A stretch of DNA of 64,000 bases, taken from a bacterium. Its GTDB lineage: Bacteria; UBA10199; 2-02-FULL-50-16; JAJFLM01. Positions 18,754-28,786 of this stretch are shown piece by piece; position 1 is the stretch's first letter, and each line of letters opens with the position of its first letter. The stretch covers positions 32,001-96,000 of the forward strand of contig CBDCFN010000016.1 in assembly GCA_965216315.1 (NCBI GenBank), read 5' to 3'. Under the pieces are notes generated by a model. It had not been told where the DNA came from and searched no databases. It saw only the letters and a list, made by a program, of their open reading frames with translations. A program made the position numbers and the translations under genes.

Positions 18754-19875
18754 TTAGAAGGTCGGGTCGGTGGGAAAATCAAAGAAGGTAACGTCATCCG
18801 CCGTCACGAAATCGAGAAACTCGACCCCTTCCGTATCAATGCCGAGATCGATGCAGTTGTTGCGGTTTGGAAGAACACTGCCAGTCGAGATTGCGGCGCA
18901 AATGTTATTGAAAGTTGGCAAGCTGTTTGAAAAATTACGGGTATCCAGGACGGAACCGCTCCAAAAGTTGCTGTCTTCGCGCCATTGCCCGATGTACTTC
19001 AGATCGCCGTTGCCCGGGCTGTTGTTCAGTTCGGGAAAACGTCCTTCCACCGCGACTTTGACGGCCTTGAAGGCCGTGGCCTCCGGTCCGACTTGTTCGA
19101 TAGAGGTGTGAATGTTGTCAAAAAGGGTGCCCTGAGACCCGCTTTCAACGTTGTTGGCAAGCAGGAAGAGTTCACTGCGTTTGGCTTCGAGGTCTTTATG
19201 GTCGTAATGAATGGCGATGGAGGTGTCGCTCGCCTCGTCGACGGCGGCTTTAATGCGGCCGGCGCCGGGAATGCTTTCCGTCGGAAACTGATCGACGATC
19301 ACTCCGGCCTGGAGGCGTATCGTTATCATACCTTGCTGCTGACTATTCCCTGTCGCCCAGATGCGATAACAGATCGGCAAGGCACCCGTGTGACCGGAAC
19401 AACCCTCCTTGGTGCCGTCACCATCAAAGTCAAAGTCAGCGAAATCAAGTTGGAGTTGCGTCGCTTGTTTACCAAAAAAGAGCGTTTCATCGACCTCGCC
19501 GGCAAAGGTGGTTGTCGTATTGCTGACCGGGATTTGCAGTGCGTTTAATCTCGCATTGGTGTCGCCGATGCTGAGATCAATCACGGTTCCCATCGCAGCG
19601 GCCAGGTCCGCGCCACCGCTGATCGCTTCGGAGATATCGTCTCCCGCAACGACTTGGGCGGACAGGCTGCCGCTCGCTGGGGAGCTACTGATCTTATCGA
19701 CGTTGATCGCCAATGATTCGGGGAAGACGAGGAACGACGGAACCTCGGTTGGGGGAGCCGGGGCCGCCGGGACCGATCCGTCACCATCGCCGCCGGGGCC
19801 AGTAGCGCCACAGCTAGCGATGAGGAGGCTGGCAAACAAGGCCAGCGCGCATTTTAACGGACTCCATCGACCCAC
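18754..19875 (-). CDS. Lipoprotein, PTF-terminal family paralog 1
   Basis: Lipobox LIASC; shared motifs DFADFDF.G.G...GC, PIC.R.W, FWSGS, C-terminal FP..PTF. Confidence 0.8.
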   Translation of the reverse strand: MGRWSPLKCALALFASLLIASCGATGPGGDGDGSVPAAPAPPTEVPSFLVFPESLAINVDKISSSPASGSLSAQVVAGDDISEAISGGADLAAAMGTVIDLSIGDTNARLNALQIPVSNTTTTFAGEVDETLFFGKQATQLQLDFADFDFDGDGTKEGCSGHTGALPICYRIWATGNSQQQGMITIRLQAGVIVDQFPTESIPGAGRIKAAVDEASDTSIAIHYDHKDLEAKRSELFLLANNVESGSQGTLFDNIHTSIEQVGPEATAFKAVKVAVEGRFPELNNSPGNGDLKYIGQWREDSNFWSGSVLDTRNFSNSLPTFNNICAAISTGSVLPNRNNCIDLGIDTEGVEFLDFVTADDVTFFDFPTDPTF

Positions 19876-19947
19876 ATTGATGAATTATACGCTTGGGGCG
19901 TGGGTAAAGGCAGCAATATTTAGAATCTATTGAAATCACTGATTTAA

Positions 19948-21219
19948 TTAAAAGGTTGGCTCTTCGGGAAAGGCGTTCGGATTTGGAAGTTGCACGTCCG
20001 AAGCCTGCGGCAGTGCCAGAAAACCTTCGTTGCCGACATTGATGCCGAGGTCGAGACAATTATTGCGGTCAGTCCCGTTGCCCGTATTGAGGAGGGCGCA
20101 GACGTCGCGATAAGAAAAGTCTGCGCCGATCGGTCCGAACTCACTTCCTTCAATTTCGGCCGAACCACTCCAAAAGATCGCATTTTCGCGCCACCGGCTC
20201 AGGTATTGGCCGAAGGCGGGTGGGTCGGCCGGATCGTTACTGAGAACTTCAAAACTAAATTGGAGTGTCTTTTCAACTTCATCCAGTGTTGTTGCAGTGG
20301 GCAGGCCGACCTGATCAACTTTTATGTGGGTGCTGTTGGAAATCGCCGTTTCCAGGGTTGTTGGATCGAATATCTCGAGGACCTGCGTATAATCCAAGCT
20401 TTCATTCAGCGGGGTGAGCGGTGATTGATGATCAAAGAGTAGCTTAAACGCGAGACGATGAGGTCCGGCGACAAGGTTCACAATGGGTTCGACGATAAGC
20501 TCGGCAGCGCCCGGATTTGTTTCGTCTGCAATCGTATTCGGATTATCTTCGATAGGCAAACGCGTGAAGTAGCCTGCCAGGGTGCGGACAAAATTACCGG
20601 TTCCGTCCTCGTCAACCCAGAGACGGAGACAGACCGGCTTGAGTTCATCGAGCAGTGCCTCCGTCGGACAGGTGCCGGTAGTTGTTTCGACCGGACAAGT
20701 ATTCCCGGTGCATCCCAGCGTTGAGCCGGTTCCCGCAAAATCAAAATCAGCGAAGTCGATTTTGACGTCGTTTCCTTTAAAGAAGCGGCCGTCTTCCGTG
20801 GCGGTGCCGGCAAAGGTTGTCACTGTCGGACTTACGGGGATCTCGAGACCGTTGAGTTCGGTCAACATCTCATCGAGTAGATCGTTAACGCCGAGAAACT
20901 TCTCGCCTAAGGTGATGGCGTCCGAAAATTCACCGTTTGGTGGCACTTGAGCCAACAAGGTTTGCGCTGGGCTGACGGTGCTGACATCGATACTGACATC
21001 CTTGGGAAAGCGGAAGAAGGAGGGGATTTCAGCAGGCGGTGCCGGGGCGGCCGGGATGGTTCCATCGCCACCCTCAACCCCATCGCCGGGTGCGTTCGGA
21101 GCCGGTCCGGTCCCTCCGGAACAGTGAGCCAGCAGCAGGAGGGCCACGAGGCCATAGCGGGACCAACTCCAAATCCGGGTGAGATATGAGGTATTAGAGG
21201 AGGACAATTTTAACACCAA
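19948..21219 (-). CDS. Lipoprotein, PTF-terminal family paralog 2
   Basis: Lipobox-like LLAHC; same motif series; start codon uncertain. Confidence 0.78.
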   Translation of the reverse strand: MVLKLSSSNTSYLTRIWSWSRYGLVALLLLAHCSGGTGPAPNAPGDGVEGGDGTIPAAPAPPAEIPSFFRFPKDVSIDVSTVSPAQTLLAQVPPNGEFSDAITLGEKFLGVNDLLDEMLTELNGLEIPVSPTVTTFAGTATEDGRFFKGNDVKIDFADFDFAGTGSTLGCTGNTCPVETTTGTCPTEALLDELKPVCLRLWVDEDGTGNFVRTLAGYFTRLPIEDNPNTIADETNPGAAELIVEPIVNLVAGPHRLAFKLLFDHQSPLTPLNESLDYTQVLEIFDPTTLETAISNSTHIKVDQVGLPTATTLDEVEKTLQFSFEVLSNDPADPPAFGQYLSRWRENAIFWSGSAEIEGSEFGPIGADFSYRDVCALLNTGNGTDRNNCLDLGINVGNEGFLALPQASDVQLPNPNAFPEEPTF

Positions 21220-21405
21220 TTAGGGGTTATTTTACTCTTTTTAATGGGGGGTGTAAAACGTCGAAATTATTATCAAAATGATATATTTTAGATGTTTACA
21301 ATGAAGTGCTTTTCTAACTTATTAATTTAATGTAAATTTAGGCCTGAACTCTTGAGGGATAAATTGTGATCCACTCGTGGGAGTGAGTCTAACTGGGGGG
21401 AGCCC

Positions 21406-24400
21406 TTGTTCAGGAAGTCGGTTTTTTTGACGCTGTGTTGTCTGCTGGCGTGCCTCGCGTTCACCGCGTGCTCCACGGGAGTGAATTTTCAGTCCATTGA
21501 TTCCACCGAAAGCGAGGGCGACGATCCGCTTGATGAAGCGCTGGGTCTCAGTGAGGATTACAGCCAGTTAGTTGCGACGACCACCGGGACCGCCGCGCTG
21601 ACCGCCTTAGGTTTTGCTACGGGGGGACTCGAGAACCCGGGGTTGAATGCCCTCAAGGGAATCCAGCCGTTTAAAGCGCAAACGCCTCCCGATCAATGTA
21701 CTGACAATATTTTTTCCGCACAAAATTGTCCGGGCGGTGGCGTCGTAACCCTTACAGGTTCCTGCGAGTTGACCGAGTCTGCCGATTGTCTTTTGGCGCT
21801 GCAACTTCAGGTCAATTTTGACGCCTGTGTCATGGGGGATAACCCGCCGATGACGGGGTCCATCAATGCGATGTTGGAGGTCAACATTGCCGGCTGTGAT
21901 TATGCGAATGGAACCGTGACGGTCAACGTCAAGACCGAGGGCGTGGTGACCGTTGGCGAGGGCGATAGAGCCGTTAACGTCGAGGGCCTGAAAGCAATCG
22001 TGACCTTCATCTTTGATGCCGGCAAAGGACTCATTTCGGTTGAAGCGAGTCAAATTTCGGCCAAAGTTCATACCGGGGAGATCAGTTGTCTGGCTGAGGC
22101 CCCCGCCGGTTTCGAATGTTTCTTCGATGCGGATAGTGATTTTGTTCCCGATGGGGCGGACAATTGCCCGCTCTTTCCCAACCCCAGTCAGACGGATCTC
22201 GATGAGGATGGGGTCGGTGACATCTGTGACAATTGTCTTGCCGTGCCCAATCCGGATCAGTCGAATGCGGACGGGGATCTCTTCGGAGATGCCTGCGATC
22301 CCTGTCCGGACGATGCGACGGATTCGTGTCCCATCCTTCCCGATGGTGTCCTGGCGTTTTGTGATGATTTAGGTGGTCCTGGTGGACCGGATCCGATCCC
22401 GGTGACGCCGTGCGAGACGGACGATGATTGTCCGCCTGCGGTGGACGGGACGCAGGCGTTCTGCGGTAACACCAAGGTCTGTGTCATCGTCCGTGAGCCC
22501 ACGAGCTGCGACCTGAGTTTAACATGTCAGGGAGCCGGTGATTGTCCGCCGCCGTCATCGCCCAGCGAGATTGTTAACTGCATCGGAGGTCGTTGTTGTA
22601 TGACTCCGGAAGAAGAACCGGCCAATCCCTGTGAGGGTCCACCGCCGACCTGCGATTTTGGTGACCCGGGATCGGACACCATGTGCAATAGCATCGGCGA
22701 AAGCTGCGGCTTTGGCCCCGGCGGCGTCTGTTGCGAAGGCAACTTCTGCGGACATCCTGATACGGGAGGCTGTGACCCGCAACCCGAGCCGGTTCCGGTT
22801 ACTAAGCTGCAGGCCCAGGTTGTCGAGCCGATATGTATCACGTGCACGGACTTGGGACCGGTCACGGAGACCGGAGAAATCAATCCTGACTGCGACAAGC
22901 AATGGGGGCTGGATCGTTGGGTTTGTGTCGAGGAAGTGAATGGCGAGCGGGGTCAGCTGTGTTGCCAGCCCTTGGTAGAGCCGCCACCGACACGCGTCTG
23001 CGGGCCGACGGATGCTTGTGACGAGGATGCGGATTGTCCCAGCAATGGACACTGTGATCGAGAGCTTTGTCAGTGTGTGAAGGACGGCCCCAGTTTTACT
23101 CCCTGTGACGAGGATGCGGATTGCATCCCGGACGAGCAGGCCTGCATACTCGAGCGCTGCACGCCGGTAGGATCGTGTGAGAGCGATGCCGATTGTCCCG
23201 GAGGGCTCTGCAACATTTCGGAAGAAAGCCCAACCGGCAAGTGCGCACCGCGCTGTGATACGGGGGCGATGTGTCAAGGTGACGGCGATTGTGGGGGAGA
23301 CCCACTACTCGGTCACTGTGATACGAACAACAATGTATGTGTCTGTCGCGTTTTGGGTCCGTTGCCTCCCTGTGAGCCCAATCTGCAATGCTTTGAGGAT
23401 GCCGACTGCGGACCCGGTGGGATCTGTGATCCCAATACCAAGCCGACGGTGCCGGGCGGCAACGGCGGCTGTCTCTGTCCGGCTGGTTCCTTCTGTGGAG
23501 ATGGGCTCTTACAAGAGGGCGAGGGCTGCGAACTCAATACGAATAACCCCGAATGCCTCTGCCCCGATCCGCTGACCTGCAATCCGACGACCTGCCAGTG
23601 CGAGGAATTCATCGTCAATCCGGAGAAGTGTGAATCGAAGTTTAGTTGCAACAATTCGGCATCAAATGTCCCCGACGGACAGAGTTGTGCCGATGTTGTT
23701 GGCGACGGTTCGACGTGTGATGAAGGTTTCTGTTGCACGATTCCGCCGCAAAACTTCTGTCCGGAGGATTGTGAGACGATCGGTGGGACCTGTACCGATA
23801 CTATTCCAGGCAGTGGTGGCGAGCAGATTTTAAATGGAGATCTGCTCTGTCTGACGACCGACGAGGCCGTGTGTGCGAACTTGAATCTCGGACTGCCGGC
23901 GCCCTTTGCGATTTATGTCGGGGAGGGGGACCCCGCCGGCGGCTGTGCGACGCTGGAAGCGGAAGCGCAGTTCGGTTTTGCCGTCGATGAGAACGGCTGT
24001 TGCGATGTCAGTGGGGCCCAGGATTTCTGTACCGGTGCCTGTCCTCCCGAGAGTTGCTTTAACGCCGGTTCCATCGCTTTCTGTCTGGATGAGTGCCCAC
24101 CGCTCGGTGGGGAGATTCCGGTAGGCTGTGCCGTATACGGTCAAGACGTCTGTAACGCGATCGAGGATATTGGAGCGCCGCCGAGTACCTGTATAGATGG
24201 GTGTTGTGTTGATAGTGGAGCCAGCCTCGGTGCGTGTTGTGATGACTCGGCCAATTGTTTTGGACCGATGAGCGAAGCGGACTGCGGAACGGCCCCTTTT
24301 CCAACGTCGTGGGTCGAGGGCGGGACCTGTGAGCCGAATTCCTGCGGGGCTCCACCCCCACCGCCTCCACCGGCGGGGGCGTGTTGTGATGACTCGGCCA

Positions 24401-24759
24401 ATTGTTTTGGACCGATGAGCGAAGCGGACTGCGGAACGGCCCCTTTTCCAACGTCGTGGGTCGAGGGTGGGACCTGTGAGCCGAATTCCTGCGGGGCTCC
24501 ACCCCCACCGCCTCCACCGACGGGGGCGTGTTGTGATGACTCGGCCAATTGCTTTGGACCGATGAGCGAAGCGGACTGCGGAACGGCCCCTTTTCCAACG
24601 TCGTGGGTCGAGGGCGGGACCTGTGAGCCGAATTCCTGCGGGGCTCCACCCCCACCGCCGGCCGTTGAGGATTGTACGAATCGCATCGATGATGACGGTG
24701 ATGGTGCCGTGGATTGCGCCGATCGAGATTGCGCGCTCGATGCCGCTTGCGCACGTTAG
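21406..24759 (+). CDS. 1117-aa Cys-rich lipoprotein with TSP type-3 Ca-binding repeats, C..D.DC repeats, a myxococcal Cys-rich repeat and a C-terminal DDDGDG..DC motif
   Basis: Lipobox FTAC; DNCP..NP.Q.D.D.DG.GD.CD; CGDGLLQEGEGCE; CTNRIDDDGDGAVDCAD. Confidence 0.85.
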   Translation: MFRKSVFLTLCCLLACLAFTACSTGVNFQSIDSTESEGDDPLDEALGLSEDYSQLVATTTGTAALTALGFATGGLENPGLNALKGIQPFKAQTPPDQCTDNIFSAQNCPGGGVVTLTGSCELTESADCLLALQLQVNFDACVMGDNPPMTGSINAMLEVNIAGCDYANGTVTVNVKTEGVVTVGEGDRAVNVEGLKAIVTFIFDAGKGLISVEASQISAKVHTGEISCLAEAPAGFECFFDADSDFVPDGADNCPLFPNPSQTDLDEDGVGDICDNCLAVPNPDQSNADGDLFGDACDPCPDDATDSCPILPDGVLAFCDDLGGPGGPDPIPVTPCETDDDCPPAVDGTQAFCGNTKVCVIVREPTSCDLSLTCQGAGDCPPPSSPSEIVNCIGGRCCMTPEEEPANPCEGPPPTCDFGDPGSDTMCNSIGESCGFGPGGVCCEGNFCGHPDTGGCDPQPEPVPVTKLQAQVVEPICITCTDLGPVTETGEINPDCDKQWGLDRWVCVEEVNGERGQLCCQPLVEPPPTRVCGPTDACDEDADCPSNGHCDRELCQCVKDGPSFTPCDEDADCIPDEQACILERCTPVGSCESDADCPGGLCNISEESPTGKCAPRCDTGAMCQGDGDCGGDPLLGHCDTNNNVCVCRVLGPLPPCEPNLQCFEDADCGPGGICDPNTKPTVPGGNGGCLCPAGSFCGDGLLQEGEGCELNTNNPECLCPDPLTCNPTTCQCEEFIVNPEKCESKFSCNNSASNVPDGQSCADVVGDGSTCDEGFCCTIPPQNFCPEDCETIGGTCTDTIPGSGGEQILNGDLLCLTTDEAVCANLNLGLPAPFAIYVGEGDPAGGCATLEAEAQFGFAVDENGCCDVSGAQDFCTGACPPESCFNAGSIAFCLDECPPLGGEIPVGCAVYGQDVCNAIEDIGAPPSTCIDGCCVDSGASLGACCDDSANCFGPMSEADCGTAPFPTSWVEGGTCEPNSCGAPPPPPPPAGACCDDSANCFGPMSEADCGTAPFPTSWVEGGTCEPNSCGAPPPPPPPTGACCDDSANCFGPMSEADCGTAPFPTSWVEGGTCEPNSCGAPPPPPAVEDCTNRIDDDGDGAVDCADRDCALDAACAR
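24229..24660 (+). repeat. Three near-identical 147-bp (49-aa) intragenic tandem repeats
   Basis: Units start at 24229, 24376 and 24523: GACCDDSANCFGPMSEADCGTAPFPTSWVEGGTCEPNSCGAPPPPP. Confidence 0.95.
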
Positions 24760-24784
24760 CTTTCCACGCCAATGCACCGGATGA

Positions 24785-25909
24785 CTAAAAAGTCGGTGCC
24801 TCCGGAAAATCAAAAAAGGTGAAATCGCTCTCCTTGGCGAAGTCGATAAACTCGATGCCCTCGACGTCGATGTTGAGGTCCTGGCAGATCCCGCGGTTGA
24901 CCTCGTTACCCGTCGACAGTTGGGCACAGACATTACTGAAGTTGCTTTCGATGTCGGGGAAGAGATCGAGGAACTGATCGTTGCCCGCGAGAGACCCGCT
25001 CCAGAAGTCGCGGTCTTGGAGGTAGCTGCCGATATACTTGACGGTATCGGGCAGACCCGAGGGCCGTTGGAAGTCGAAAGATTCGCTGAGATTGATCGTC
25101 TTCTGTGCGAACCCTTCCGGGCCTTGTTGGGAGATAATCGCGCGGGTCAAGGTGAGCGCGAAGGCCTCCGGCGGGCTGAAGCGTGCGGCCTCCGTACGGA
25201 TGTCTTCGGGATCGGCATGGTTGTACACGGCGATGAAGCGCTCGTCGACCGGTGACAGCAAGGTCGTTGGCGTGCGGACCTTGAGCTGACCGATGCCGGG
25301 GTTGTCATCCGTAGGAATCTGCTCAAACACCGCCCCGAGAAGTGCTTCGCCATCGGCCCACATCCGGACGCAGATCGGCCGGATTTGATCGGCCGTCGTC
25401 TCGCTCGGACACGTCGCCGGATTGCCGGCGACCGGACAGGTCGTTCCACTGCAACCGTCGAGATTCCCATCGCCGTTAAAATCGAAGTCGGTGAAATCGA
25501 GTTTGAGCTCGGCGGTGACTCCCGGCCCGACCGGGAAATCCGCCATGGCCGTGAATTGGGTCAGCGTGCTATCGACCGGGATATTGATGGTCCGGATCGG
25601 ATCTAACACCGCGCCGAGGATGTCGTTGTAACCGGAGATGCGATTTTCCGCGATGTTAATTTCGGCGGAGAATTCGCCGCCGCTGCCGACAAAGGCGGAC
25701 AATGAAGGGCTCGGCTCGAGTGCAAGTTCATCGACGTTGATACGTGGATCGGGAAAGAGAAACGTGCTGGGTAGCTCAACCGGAGGAGCCGGCGGTGCGG
25801 CCGGAATCGTGCCGCCATCACCGGGGATGGAATTGCCGCCGGCGCAGGCAGCGATTGTTACCAACAGGAACGGGAGCGCGCATAGACGTACCCACCACCT
25901 AAAACCCAT
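24785..25909 (-). CDS. Lipoprotein, PTF-terminal family paralog 3
   Basis: Start MGFRWWVR 6 nt after TACAAT; lipobox IAAC; same motif series. Confidence 0.8.
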   Translation of the reverse strand: MGFRWWVRLCALPFLLVTIAACAGGNSIPGDGGTIPAAPPAPPVELPSTFLFPDPRINVDELALEPSPSLSAFVGSGGEFSAEINIAENRISGYNDILGAVLDPIRTINIPVDSTLTQFTAMADFPVGPGVTAELKLDFTDFDFNGDGNLDGCSGTTCPVAGNPATCPSETTADQIRPICVRMWADGEALLGAVFEQIPTDDNPGIGQLKVRTPTTLLSPVDERFIAVYNHADPEDIRTEAARFSPPEAFALTLTRAIISQQGPEGFAQKTINLSESFDFQRPSGLPDTVKYIGSYLQDRDFWSGSLAGNDQFLDLFPDIESNFSNVCAQLSTGNEVNRGICQDLNIDVEGIEFIDFAKESDFTFFDFPEAPTF

Positions 25910-25973
25910 TTTTGTATTGTAGCGCCTTGGCGGGGAAGAACCAAGCAGAAGCATTCGTACTAACTCATTGATA

Positions 25974-27470
25974 TTAAATGAGTTTTTGCTCGATTGCGCG
26001 CAGCTGTTGGAAGAAGGTTTCCTTGGCTTTTTCGATGACGAGGGGGACGATTTCCGGGTCGAGAAAAGCGGTATTCGCTAAGGGCCCTAAGGTGACCTGG
26101 GCGACCTCAACATTGTCTTTTTTGCGCAGATTGCGGATGTGCTCGTCGATGCGGGAGCGACGCACCAGGTCCGCGAGGCGCGTGATGACGTTGAGGTATT
26201 CGACCAGTGGCAATTTCTGTAACAATCCGGAAGAGAGAACCTTCCAGCCGGAGAGTTGCGGGAAGAGGTTGACGGTGAGGATGAACAATTTTTTCTTGTC
26301 TGTGCGCTTGGCCCGCCGATCATGCTTCCACTTTTCATAGACCGAAGGTAGTGGCAGCTCCTCGGAAATGCCACCGTCGATATATGTGACCTGGGTTTTG
26401 CCGCGCCGGATGATACGGGGAACGAAGAGGATGGGGATGGCGGTCGAGGCAAGGACAGCATCCATTGGAGAACAGCGTTTAATCAGCCCGTCATAATTTT
26501 TGCTGACAATTTTTTCCGAGGTCAGGACTTCATTCCGGTTGGAGCTGACATTGTAGGCAATCGCGAAAAAAGGAATTTCGGGGCGTTTGTAATGAGCGAT
26601 CTTCTTGAGTGATTCTTCCAGGGCGTGCTGAATGTCGACGAAGCCTTTCAGGCCGACACCCTGACCGGAGAAGGCCTTGGTAAAACTGTTAAACAGGGAA
26701 CGACTCAACGAAAAAGAGCGTTTGGGTTGGAAATTGAGGCCAAATTTTTCGTGGTAGATGCGATAGCCTTCCTGTTCGATGATCTCATGATCGGCTCCCA
26801 GTGCATAGGCCAAGCCGGCAATGGCGCCGCCACTACAGCCCCAGACTTCTTCGATGGCGTCTTTGGCCCCGAGTTCCTCGATCAATTTGAAAATGGAGGG
26901 ATGCGCAAAGAGACGCAGTCCACCGCCGCCTAATGAAATGACGAAACGGGTTTCAGGGTCAGTCATGCGTTGCAGGAGCTTCGGAAACAACTCTTTGAGC
27001 TGACGGGGCGGCCGCTTGCGTTTGCGTCGATCCCAGTGCCAGCGGTAATGGCGTTTGCCGCCCGGACGATCGAGGACAAAGGTGCCTGGGATCTCTTTAA
27101 GAGTGCGACCGTAATAGACGGGCGTCGGTACTTTGCCGTCTTTCTTGTGTGCGAGGGCATAGGCCATCACTTCAGTCTGAACGTCTTCCGGCGGAAGGCG
27201 ATGGAGCAGGCGATCGAGCGGATAGATAATGCGCATGCCCATCTCATGAGGGACAAGTTCTTTGATTATCTTGAGGTCGTATTGTTTGACGCGCAGATAT
27301 TTGAGACTGATTGCTGAGACGTAATAACTACGACTGGGTCCCTTATGGAGGCGACACTTGTCCTGCTGTTCGATGCGCCTCACGTCCTGCGCCCGGAGGC
27401 GAATCTGATAAACACGGCTTTTGACCGAAACTTCTTCTGAAAATTGAGTTGTTCGTACCATCAAACCCAC
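25974..27470 (-). CDS. Patatin-like phospholipase with basic N-terminal extension
   Basis: GGGGLR, GCSGG, ASTAIP, DGG motifs. Confidence 0.85.
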   Translation of the reverse strand: MGLMVRTTQFSEEVSVKSRVYQIRLRAQDVRRIEQQDKCRLHKGPSRSYYVSAISLKYLRVKQYDLKIIKELVPHEMGMRIIYPLDRLLHRLPPEDVQTEVMAYALAHKKDGKVPTPVYYGRTLKEIPGTFVLDRPGGKRHYRWHWDRRKRKRPPRQLKELFPKLLQRMTDPETRFVISLGGGGLRLFAHPSIFKLIEELGAKDAIEEVWGCSGGAIAGLAYALGADHEIIEQEGYRIYHEKFGLNFQPKRSFSLSRSLFNSFTKAFSGQGVGLKGFVDIQHALEESLKKIAHYKRPEIPFFAIAYNVSSNRNEVLTSEKIVSKNYDGLIKRCSPMDAVLASTAIPILFVPRIIRRGKTQVTYIDGGISEELPLPSVYEKWKHDRRAKRTDKKKLFILTVNLFPQLSGWKVLSSGLLQKLPLVEYLNVITRLADLVRRSRIDEHIRNLRKKDNVEVAQVTLGPLANTAFLDPEIVPLVIEKAKETFFQQLRAIEQKLI

Positions 27471-27534
27471 TTCTCGCCGCTACAATCCACTAAGCTACAC
27501 AACTAACTCAGAATCAGCTTACCACATTATCGTG

Positions 27535-28437
27535 CTAGAACCACTCTTTCGCTTTTTCCTCAATATCGTGTTGTTTACGGGAGTGGAGCACTTTGCCGCG
27601 GCGGAGGACCAATTGGTCATTGCAAAATAGTTGAACAGCGCGACAAAGGACCTTGGATTCCAGTTTTTGGCCCTTGCTAATAATATCGGGAATTTTGTCC
27701 TTGAGTTTATCGACGCTAAAGCTGCCTTGAGTGATGATCGGTCCTTGATCGAGATCCGTTGTGGCAAAGTGAGCCGTCACCCCCGCAATTTCGACGCCCT
27801 TGTTAAAGGCCTGGGCATAAGGCATGGCACCCGGAAAGGCGGGGAGTAAACTTGGATGAATGTTGATGATGCGGTCCTCGTAACGGAAGCAAAATTCGGG
27901 GGAAAGGATTTGCATGTAGCGCGCCAAGATAATGACGTCAGCCTGAATCTCTTGGATGTGGCGGATGAATTCGGCCTCATGTTTCTTCTTGTTGTCAGCA
28001 GGATAAAAATAAAAGGGGATGTCGAGTCGACGTGCGACCGGCGCTAAATCTTCTCGATTACTAAGGATGGCCTTGGGCCGGGCCTTGATCTTCCCGCTCC
28101 TCATCTCTTTTACGAGGGCGCGCAGGCAGTGCGGTTCTTTAGTGACGAGCAACGCGGCGTTTTTGATGCGGCGGGCCTTTTCGGCGACAAGTTCCGTTTC
28201 CATGCCGATTTTCTTGCCGGTCCGAGCGAGCGAAGCACGAAAACTATCGAGGCTTTGCTTGAGGCCGCTAACATCGACGACCATATTCATGACCAAGTAG
28301 CCTTCAAGGATGCGTTGGTCGATGTCTTCGATGTTGAGCTGATGCTTGAAGAGAAAAGTTGTGATGCGGGCGATGATCCCCTTTTGGTCGGGGCCCGAAA
28401 TACGGATGCGGGCAAGTTTCTTTCGACGGGCTGGCAT
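27535..28437 (-). CDS. purU: Formyltetrahydrofolate deformylase
   Basis: ACT domain GPDQKGIIA; LARYMQILS, INIHPSLLPAFPGA.PY.QA, LDQGPII. Confidence 0.92.
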   Translation of the reverse strand: MPARRKKLARIRISGPDQKGIIARITTFLFKHQLNIEDIDQRILEGYLVMNMVVDVSGLKQSLDSFRASLARTGKKIGMETELVAEKARRIKNAALLVTKEPHCLRALVKEMRSGKIKARPKAILSNREDLAPVARRLDIPFYFYPADNKKKHEAEFIRHIQEIQADVIILARYMQILSPEFCFRYEDRIINIHPSLLPAFPGAMPYAQAFNKGVEIAGVTAHFATTDLDQGPIITQGSFSVDKLKDKIPDIISKGQKLESKVLCRAVQLFCNDQLVLRRGKVLHSRKQHDIEEKAKEWF

Positions 28438-28721
28438 AGCAGTCTCGCCATTGTCTAAGCCCCTGCTATGATTGTCAAATCAGCATTTCACTCCCCAATG
28501 TGTTAAAAAAATATACAATTGAGCACTAAATAAAGATACATATTGTTTATTTTAAAATAAACAAATAATATCAGCAATTTATCAGGTAAATCTCTTAATT
28601 TTAATTATAGAATTATATTATAATAAATTAATGTAAAATATATATACATGTCACTTGCTTTTAGGTGTAAAATATAAATAACATCAATAAATTCAAATAG
28701 TTAAATTGATGGCGGCCGCTA

Positions 28722-28738
28722 TTGGCACGCTCTTTGCT
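28722..28738 (+). promoter_or_regulatory. Sigma-54 promoter
   Basis: TTGGCACGctctTTGCT, consensus match; IHF-like ATTCAAATAGTTA at 28691-28703. Confidence 0.85.
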
Positions 28739-28786
28739 CTTAATCTGGGTATGGGGATCACAACTAACACCAGAGAGGGCAATAAA

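Noticed and set aside
24229..24660. Direct repeats as a CRISPR array
   Set aside because: 147-bp in-frame coding units with no unique spacers and no cas genes.
21406..24759. Calling the Cys-rich protein TraA and the OmpA protein TraB
   Set aside because: No MYXO-CTERM or recognisable PA14-like domain, and the genes are neither adjacent nor co-oriented; only an architectural analogy.
23830..24933. Long antisense ORFs over the repeat region
   Set aside because: Shadows of the GC-rich repeated coding strand.
28706..28786. ORF-track start at 28706
   Set aside because: Overlaps the sigma-54 promoter; RBS and signal peptide point to 28787.
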